64,000 nt of DNA, from NCBI GenBank assembly GCA_964016885.1, contig OZ024746.1, positions 29,884,001 through 29,948,000 on the forward strand, in the 5' to 3' direction. The stretch comes from Eledone cirrhosa (lineage: Eukaryota). Every line of letters starts with the position of its first letter. The stretch's first letter is position 1. A program made the translations under genes and the position numbers. This document shows, in pieces, positions 54,057 through 64,000 of this stretch. The notes under the pieces were generated by a model, which was not told the origin of the DNA, made no database searches, and saw only the letters and a list, made by a program, of their open reading frames with translations.

Positions 54057-55471
54057 TTATGTATGTATGTATTTATACTGATATGTTTAGCATTTAGCTC
54101 AGCTAAGTATAACTAGCAGCTTTAGATAAAGATGTAATTTATAGCTACTAAATTCACCACTCCCAATATGTACAGATGAAACATTCAATATTTGCTAAAG
54201 TATATTGATTCCATGTGGGTTTATCAAAGCAGCATTATGAAAAGCTGTATAACCTTGCGGAATTACACCTTATATAGTTTCTCAATTGCTTTTGAAATGC
54301 TCTTTCAGTGAACGATCAGGGAAAGTATCAATAGGACCACTAGCATGTGATTATAGAAATAGTGTAAACCGGAGAGAAAAGCGAAGAAAGCAACCTTATA
54401 CAAAGTCTCTCTATATCAAATTCGACAAATGAAAAGAATTGCATTTCATCTAGTTGTAAACTATGCAATATGATGATGCAAAATAAAGTCATATCTATAG
54501 ATGTATAACATAAACCAACGTGAAGCCATATACGTAGTCAATGGATAGACTAGAAATAACAACTAAATCTCCATGATGATATATCACTGTGAACGGAAAA
54601 GGAAGAAAACTACATAATAAAAAGTCATTTTGTCAAATAAAAAAAATTACATCTAAATGTAATCTATTCAAAATATAAACATTTAAAAACATTTATAAGT
54701 TTGTTGTGCTAGAAATAACAACCAAACCTATCTCAAATGGTTCACTGCCGTTTGAAAAGAGAAGGGCACATTGAATATGGTAGTCCCGGATACACAATTA
54801 AAGCTAAAAGGAGCGAAGTAGTCATATTTTAACCTTTCGTTGCTGACATGGGGAAGGGGCTGAAACAAAAACAGCAGCATTTCCCTTAATGAGGTATTTA
54901 GAAATAACAGCCACATCTCACTCAAATATCAAGTAATATTTCAAAAGAAGCGAGGCACAGAAGAGTATATAAAAACACATATATAATTCGCTCATACACA
55001 ATAAACATATAGGCGGCCTTGCTGTCAAAGAAAAATACTTTTTGCGGGGGAAAGAAACGAAACGAAAAAATTATATTTTTCTCGAATATCCACGATGGGT
55101 ATACCACCGATTTGACAGTATGTTCCGATAATGTCAGACAGCTGTTTCAAGATTTGCTAATCGCTCACTATATGCAAATGATCGATTCCAGCCGATCTTT
55201 TCTGCTCTGCTATATGTAACTGAGTATGTTCAGCAAGTGATCATCACGCAAAATTCTATATAAGCTATATATTCCAGTAAGTTATTCCAGTAAGTTATGA
55301 GTGACATAACTACTATCAATTACACAACTACTATCAATTAGTCACTATATCGATTAATAATGATCAATCAACCTTCTGAATCGATTGTAAAACAATGAAA
55401 TGATTAAGTACTAAACATCGCCTTTTGTTTTCTTTGTTTAGCAAACTTGCACACATTTATATTTATAGAGA

Positions 55472-55568
<97 letters not shown>

Positions 55569-55570
<2 letters not shown>

Positions 55571-55757
55571 CGAAGGAAATGTGGTAACGAACCAGGTGGA
55601 TCATAACGCACCAAAGTACTCAATACTTTGGATAGTAGAGTGGGTAATAGGAACGAGTAGGACCCCGACGGCTGAGCTCAAGCCGTTTCGACGGCTAATT
55701 CTGGACTGAATTAGCCGTCGAAACGGCTTGAGCTCAGCCGTCGGGGTCCTACTCGTT

Positions 55758-55802
<45 letters not shown>

Positions 55803-55804
55803 GC

Positions 55805-55848
<44 letters not shown>

Positions 55849-55985
55849 CGAAGCAGGTGTGGTAAGGAACCAGATGGACCATAACGCACCAGAGTACTCA
55901 ATACTTAGAGTAGTAGAGTGGGTAATAAGAAAATGTTTGACCCCGACGGCAGAGCTCAAGCCAGAAATAGCCGTCGAAACGGCTA
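55569..55985. mobile_element. Two family C copies; the first is a perfect fold-back
   Basis: 55647-55701 vs 55708-55762 are reverse complements around TGGACT. Second copy at 55847-55985. Confidence 0.88.
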
Positions 55986-56589
55986 TATATATATAAACAC
56001 ACGCCACATCCCAGACACATCCAAATCTCTCTTATATATAGTCACACATTTCAACACAACCTGATCTCAGGTTGACAATCGCCACATACAGACGAATGCG
56101 AGAAAGTTCTCCAATCCAAGTTAACCAGGAATCTCTAAAATTCTTCCCACCGAAGTTAACAAAGAATTTACTGGATCTACCAACTCACAATATTATAATA
56201 TTATAACATTAAATCAAAAAATGTTTAAGACTACAAGTGAAGTCATTCTTTTCCTTTTTTCAAATATACCTAACTGTACCAAGGATCTCGCACATTTTCA
56301 TATATTAAGCGCTCATATATTCACCTAGCTTATGCTAACAGAATAACTATGTAGCTTGTTCCCTTCCTCTCTACGGTTAGCTCTCTTTGTTGTTTACTTG
56401 TCTCACTCGCTTTACGCATTTTAATTGTCCTAATAACTTAATTTAGTTATTATTGCACCGACGTGAGGTATATGATTTTTAATGCAATGAAATATCTATG
56501 ATCGTCGGCAAATCACTGATGAGGGACTCATTTTATTACATGTTATCCATGTGCAACCTGCAGTATTCTTCTCCCCATTTTTTCATATA

Positions 56590-56685
<96 letters not shown>

Positions 56686-57721
56686 TATATATATAGAGAG
56701 AGAGAGTGAGAGGGGAGAGAAAGAGAGAGATTATCTAAGTATAATATATACATATAAAGTTATCAATGTATATATAGCTAACTACATATCTCCACACTTC
56801 TATAACTATTATGCATCATCTACATACCTACATTTATCTATATTTATTATGCCTTATATTTATGTATCACTATCGCTATATACGTTATAACTTATATTTA
56901 CCTATCTAAATCTTTATATCTGTATATATGTTACGAATTACACATATGCGCACATAAATACTACACACGCACACACAGACATATATATATATTTATACAT
57001 ATATATATATATATATATATATATGCTTACGTCTCTATATCTCCATAGCTATATCTATTATTCATAATATTCACCGTTTCATCTGAGCGCAAGAAAATCG
57101 CTAAATTTTCCTTGGCTGCTCTTATAATTCATTGAAAATTATTGTTGCACTTTGACTGAGTAGCATCGAAACTTAAAAATGAAATAAAGAATAAAAAACA
57201 CCTTTTATTAGCGAACCATAGAAAGGTAAATTCCAATTCCATGGATATTTTTTCATGTGTGATATAATGTAATTTCCTATAACATTTCGTTTGCAAAGGT
57301 TGAACCATAAGACAGTAATTTGCATTCATAATTGCTATTGAGGATTTAACAAAATTCCTCTGTAATCCGCATTATTATTTTATATTGGTTTACAAAGAAA
57401 ACCGGTTGGTAATATATTTTGAAGGTGTTATGAATGTAGAGAGGCGAATAACTGCAATTTTTCACTGGCATGATAATTGTCAGAAAGGAAAATAAAGGAA
57501 CGTGGGGGGGGGGGGGGGGGAGTGTGGATTACTGAAACGAAGTAAAATAAAATAAAATAAATACGATAAAAGATTCTGGAGAAAAAAACCCAAAGAATAA
57601 ATGGATTGAATAAGGTGAGTGCGATGAATAACATTTCAGTAGAGAGAGAAAGGACGAGTTCAAACAATGGAGAGAGAGAGGGGGGATACTGGGAGGGAGA
57701 GATGGCGAGAGAAACAGAGTT

Positions 57722-57838
<117 letters not shown>

Positions 57839-57958
57839 AGAGAAAGGGCTACGATAGAGAGAGAAATGTGAGATTATGTGAGAAAGAACATGCCGAGTTA
57901 AAAACGACAATGAGCTAGAAATGTCAAATGATAAAATCATTAAACTCTCTCTCTCTCC

Positions 57959-58032
<74 letters not shown>

Positions 58033-58224
58033 GCATGTGTGTGTGCTATATATATACATTTGAAATATACAAGCATATGTATGAACATAGTTTTTATATA
58101 TGTAGATATGTATGTGTACATGTACATCTCGGTATGCGTGCATAACATAAACGTACACACATACACACACATATATATATAAATATGTGTGCGTGTATAT
58201 ATATATATAGAGAGAGAGAGGGAG

Positions 58225-58326
<102 letters not shown>

Positions 58327-59559
58327 GAAATCGAAGAATATATATATATATATAAATATATATATGTATTCATGCATACATACATACACGCATTCATGTA
58401 TACATACACGAATGCATGTATACATAGATATACACATGCATTTGAATATGGTTTGGAAAGTATCATATCAATTATGGTGGATCCTAGGTCTACGAGGTTA
58501 AAACGTAATTGAATAGAAAATAAGAAAGCTGTATTCCTACTCCAAACATAGAATAAAACTAAGTAGATAAAAATAAACGCCAGTTATTTCTCTCGTTCTG
58601 TATCTTCTCTAGATTCTTAAGCTACATCGTTCTAGAATGTTCAGCTGCTTTCATCACCCAAAATTGTTGCAGCAAAATCAATTCGCTTATTCTTATACAT
58701 CATTCGGTATTTTTATTCGATTTTTCCCTCTGATGTTTTATGTTTTCTAAATAAATTATTGGAAGTAATAATTGCGTCAAGAAAAGCAAAATTCTATAAA
58801 TTCGTTTTCCTGCCTGCCTTGAAATCCATGCAAATAAAACTTCAGATCAATATTCACAACACAGTCACAAACAAATGTTCCCATTTCTCAGACAATCAGA
58901 AAAGACGTTACCATGTTTCTGTTGTGCAACATGCATAACGCTCATATTTAAAATTTTTTTTTTTTTTTTTTTTCAGTTTAATATGTATCTTACCATTTGT
59001 TACTCTGTGGGTTCTTTCTCGTTTTTGTTGTTTGTTGGTGTTGTTATTATTATTGTAATTGCTGTTATTGTTGTTATTGTAGTTGTTTGTTGTAGCGTGA
59101 GAGATTGGATAAATCAATAAGATATCGGAATACTAAATCGAAGCATTACAATACAATGGAACAAGCGTTTTTCTGCGTCATCAAATATAAAGTACAAAAG
59201 GTTTGCAAGTGTGGCATATATAATTTTTCTGCAAGAAATACACAACGAATGATCGTTGTTTTGCAGAATATTCTTTGGGCTGAATGAAGCGTATGACCCT
59301 ATTAGTCTACTCTCATTAACTGAGTCTATCCAATGCACCATTTAGTAAGAACAGTTTCACAGCTCTAAGCACTTGTCGGAGTTCTATAGAATTAACAAAT
59401 GTTACTTTGGTATGCGTTACAATAATCAATGTTTGGTATAGGTCAGGAGATGTTAACGAGAGAATAATCCAATTTACTGTTGTCTTCTCATCACCAGGAG
59501 GCCTACCACTCCTTCCTTGTAATTCAGTAACTATTTTAATTTGATGGATGTGTGATGTT

Positions 59560-59900
59560 AATATGCATAGATGAGCTGAGAGAAAAACTGAGTATAAGAG
59601 GAATTAAATTTAGTGTGCATGCGATACGATCCGGTAGGTATGGAAGATGATCGTTGAGTCAAGAAATACCGGGAGTTCCCACTGGAAGAAAGCTACAGTA
59701 TAGGAACACCAAGGAAGAACTGGCCACAGATGGTGAAGGCAGATTTTAAAATGCAAAGCATCACAAAAAAAGATGAAACAATGCAGTGATTAGAGGGAAG
59801 CTGCGTTGGAAAAGACCCGTCCAACCGACGCAAGCCTGAAAAAGTGGACGTAAAATGATGTTGATGATGACGATGATGGTGGTGGTGGTGAGGATGATGT
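59560..59900 (+). mobile_element. RTE-like LINE 3' end, decayed, with (GAT)n tail
   Basis: MEDD..KKYREFPLE..GTPRKNWPQMVKAD; AAGACCCGTCCAACC..GGACGTAAAATGATG tail. Confidence 0.65.
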
Positions 59901-60254
59901 TGAAAAAGAGTATTATATCCAAATCACTTGAATTTCCATCCAAGAAGGGACACATATGTATTTTCCCATATTCATTTCGTCTTTTATTCCTTTACTTGTT
60001 GCAATCATTAGACTCTGGCCATACTGGGGCTCTGCCTTGAACGAATTTAATCGAACATATATTCCACAGTGCTTATTGTTTTCAGGTTTGGCACATATTT
60101 ATTAGATCTTTTTTATCGAGCCTTAATGTACGTGACCTAAACAAATAGTAAACGTAAACAGACACTGAAACATACATACATACATACAAACATACATACT
60201 TACACATACACACACACACACATACATACACACATACACACACACATATATATG

Positions 60255-60305
<51 letters not shown>

Positions 60306-60344
60306 TACATATAAATATAAATATATATATGTATATATGTATAT

Positions 60345-60690
60345 ATAAAGAAAAAGAGATGAAACCGAAAATGCACTGGAGTCTTATTTTAAAAAAATAT
60401 ATATATTTATTTGGTTCCTTTTACAGGTTTCGCAGTTCTTCTGCTTTTCAAAAGTAGAGTTGAGATGGAGGGTCTGAGATGTGAGAAAAACCACAGACCC
60501 TCCATCTCAACTCTACTTTTGAAAGGCAGAACTGCGAAACCGGTAAAGGAACCAACCAAATAAATATATATATATTTTTTTAAATAAGACTCCAGTTGCA
60601 TTTTCGATTTCATCTTTTTTTTCTTTATACTTTCACTCGTGTAGGACACCTCGGTTATTTTTCATTTTGTAAAAAAAACCTCACTTTCTA
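60345..60690. mobile_element. Fold-back element in (TA)n
   Basis: Arms ~60345-60476 and ~60494-60629; ~60-bp tail on the right. Confidence 0.88.
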
Positions 60691-60723
<33 letters not shown>

Positions 60724-61419
60724 AGTATATATATATATATATAAATATAGAGGTAGCTCCTTCACAAGGCACTATATAGTGGGACTGAACCCATGGCCTC
60801 GTGGTTGCGTAGTGAAATCATTAAACACGCAGCTATACCTGTGTCTATGCTAAGTAATATATATCAAAACCAGGATTCTCAATAGCGAGGATGTTATTTC
60901 AAAATATTAAATTACCTTAGATATTTAAGATAAACCTTTCATGTGCAAGTCTGGGTATTTGATAATTAAGAATGCTAAAGATATACCAAGCCATACTAAC
61001 ACAAATGATTAACGAATGTGCTTGAGAAATTTGTTACAAATTTCAAGAAAATTCGTAATGAGAATTTAAACAACCAGCGTCAAGTTTCTACCATTATATA
61101 GAAGATTAAAATCTATTTGGAATAGAATTACGGAATTGGTTGAGAACGTTCAATCTGTGTAATCTTTCAATATTCATGAATTAATGTTCCAATTTTTTCT
61201 ATTACATATTATGAGAAATTAAAGAAATGTTTTAACCTCGAATTCTTTTATTCTTTTAATCCTTTATATTTTAGAGTCATTAGACTCTGGCCATACTAGA
61301 GCACCGACTTAAAAGGATTTTTTTGGATTAAGTTAAGTGTCGTAAACAGAGACACAAACGTAAAACATAAAAATTGTCAACGACACACACATTATCTCTC
61401 TTCCACACACACACGCGGG

Positions 61420-62720
61420 AATTCTTAAATGGAATGCAAACAAAAAAAAATAGAACTTTATAGAATGACAAGGAAACTAATGACTACCTACAGTATGTTT
61501 CATAAGTAGGGGGAGGTTTTCATAAGTAGGGGTCTGAAGGTGGGAGATGTTTTCTCTGCCTGGAGGACTGTGTTCAGGTGGAGAAGAGTTGTTTACACAA
61601 ATATGTGTCTGAGAGTAACGAGCTAATGCTTAAGGCTGTATTGATGGAGGAGATAATAAACCGCGGAATGTCCAAGTAGGATCAACAGAGAGGAAGCACA
61701 GCATGAATGGAAAAGCTCTTTATGGCGTCTTTTTGCAGAAAACAGAATTTAGTGATCCGAAGAAGTGGGACTGGTTAAAGAACGGGGACATTAAGAAAGC
61801 TACAGAAGGAATGCTACTGACCACACATGAGCAAGGCCTTAGAACGAAGTGGATGAAACATCATATTGACAAGGAAGAGGCTAACCCGCTGTGTAGGGTC
61901 TGTGGAGAGGGAGAGGGGGAGAGAGGAAACTGTAGATCACATCGTATCCGAGAGTAACCACGTAGCCCAGATTCATTATAAAGGATGGAGTCATGATATT
62001 ATTGGAAACGTGATTCACTGGTATTTATGCAAACTGAATAAGTTATCCCACTCGGAGAAGTGGTATGAGCATAAGCGAGAGTCGGTGATAGAAAACGATC
62101 GTGTAAAGGTACAGTGGGATTTCAAGATACGAACTGATAAATAATTGTTTCTACTATTGGCACAAGGCCAGAAATTACCCAGTACATTACTGGTACTTTA
62201 TTTTATCGACCCCGTAAGGATGAAAGGCAAAGTTAACCTCGGCGGGATTTGAACTCTGAATGGCAAGGGCCGTAACTCTATGCGTCAAAGCATGGCGTCC
62301 GACCCTCTACCGATACTGCCAATCCACCGCCTACGAACTGATAAATAATTAGAGCACAATAGGCCTGACCTGCTGGTTTTGAAAAGGAATGAATATCTTG
62401 ATTGACACGAGATTTCAAGAAAAGAAGGAAAACATTAACTGATACCAGGATCTAAAGTGGGAACTGTTAAGGATTTGGGACTGCCATGAGTTCAAGGTCA
62501 TCCCCATCGTCACGAGAGCACTTGGTAGAGTCTTGAAGAGTTTCCAAGGCTGGCTAATGAACATTAGCCCGGCCCCTTTTTTGGAACACTACAAAAGGCA
62601 TGCCTACTGGGAACATCAATATCATGAATATCTGATGCTGCGGGTAACGGCTTGATGTTGATTTGGGCAAGGAACATCAATGACTCAGATATCAATTTCA
62701 TAATAATAATAATAATAATG
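61420..62720 (+). mobile_element. Second R4/Dong-like family, decayed, ending in (TAA)n
   Basis: KALYG..WDWLKNGDIKKATEG..EQGLRT..CRVC..ETVDHIVS..WYEH..WDFKIRTDK..HNRPDL; (TAA)6 at 62701. Confidence 0.82.
62147..62331 (-). mobile_element. SINE S1 with 19-bp target-site duplication
   Basis: TACGAACTGATAAATAATT at 62128-62146 and 62332-62350. Confidence 0.93.
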
Positions 62721-62726
62721 GATCAT

Positions 62727-63150
62727 GGTTTCGGCACAAGGCCAGCAATTTGAAAGGGAGGCGAAAAAGTCGATTAAATCTACCCCAGTACACTACTGGT
62801 GCTTTATTCTATCTTCCCCGTAGCGATGGAAGGCAAAGCTAACCTCGGCGGGATTTGAACTCAGAACTTAAAGGGCCGTAACTCTATGATGCGAAACATG
62901 TTGACCGACGCTCTATCAATACTGCCAATCTCTAATAATGGTTTCTTATATAGGTACACGGCCAGCAAATTTGGGGGAAGGGGAAAGTCGATTAAATTGA
63001 CTCCAGTACACTACTGGTGCTTTATTCTATCGACCCCGTAGCGATGGAACGCAAAGCTAACCTCGGCGGGATTTGAACTCAGAACGTAAAGGGCCGTAAC
63101 TCTATGCTGCGAAACATGTTGACTAACGTATAATCGATACTGCCAATCCA
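62727..63150 (-). mobile_element. Two tandem SINE S1-related copies (longer subfamily)
   Basis: Copies at ~62727-62930 and 62938-63150, bracketed by TAA repeats. Confidence 0.88.
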
Positions 63151-63713
63151 TAATAATAATAATTTGCTCCCTCACATAAAACGTATTATGCCGATTCCTC
63201 CTCTTAGAAACGTCTGTTTTCCTATTTCTTCTTTAATCTTTCTCTCTATGTTTTTGATGAATAAGTGACGTCCGGTTCGATAAGACTCTTTTCCTATTAT
63301 ATCAAGTGTTAAACTAACATTTGCTCTCATTGTACTGCAGTGTTTTCCTGTATTATTTTTCTGTTTATTCTTCTTATACAGACATACATACATATATACA
63401 TATTTATATAGTCTCATGTATACAAATACATCTGTACACACGTATGTATTTGAGTATTATATATATATATACACACACACACGCACATACACACGTTTGT
63501 GTATGTATGTATGCGTTCGCCACATTATACACGCCATAAAAGATATATCTTGATTATATTTTGACATCATAGTTCACTTCATCTCTTTTAACGTTGATTA
63601 ACTTTCCCATATTTATAGACACTTCATATTATATATTATATATTTACATACACACAATATACTGTAGTTATATATACACAATACATTATATATATATATA
63701 TACAATTATATAA

Positions 63714-63770
<57 letters not shown>

Positions 63771-63773
63771 CAT

Positions 63774-63804
<31 letters not shown>

Positions 63805-63890
63805 CTAGATATCTTTCTATATTCATCCTATAGATTATATATTATGTATTTATACATCCACTATGTATCATAAATTTGTATACACTCTGC

Positions 63891-63945
<55 letters not shown>

Positions 63946-63956
63946 ATATATATATT

Positions 63957-64000
<44 letters not shown>

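Noticed and set aside
54960-55220. TATA box plus octamer promoter or small ORF
   Set aside because: Such motifs are expected by chance in this AT-rich DNA; no supporting gene.
56515-56565. CTGATGAGGGA hammerhead
   Set aside because: No GAAA after the putative stem II; too degenerate.

Overview
This is AT-rich eukaryotic DNA, packed with (TA)n/(CA)n/(GA)n/(ACAT)n microsatellites. The repeat content resembles a cephalopod (Octopus-like) genome; that is inference only. I see no confidently identifiable host gene, and most ORFs in the track are microsatellite artefacts. The window is a retroelement/transposon graveyard: ~17 copies of one tRNA-derived SINE, a decayed L1/Tx1-type LINE (5140-9600, -), RTE-type fragments, a Chapaev3-like DNA transposon (25182-27227), three R4/Dong-like restriction-endonuclease LINEs (two sitting in (ACAT)n), and a 5'-truncated Penelope-like element (PLE; RT plus GIY-YIG, 40388-42400, -). 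The most interesting signal is non-coding. At least seven unrelated-looking short elements sit inside (TA)n arrays and share one fold-back architecture: (TA)n, arm, spacer, inverted arm plus tail, (TA)n. Many carry hand-foldable type I hammerhead ribozyme motifs. These include intact cores, a palindrome with one hammerhead on each strand, U3-A8 core variants, and a ~200-bp non-autonomous family sharing its 3' end with the coding PLE. All folding and alignment was done by eye; no databases were searched.
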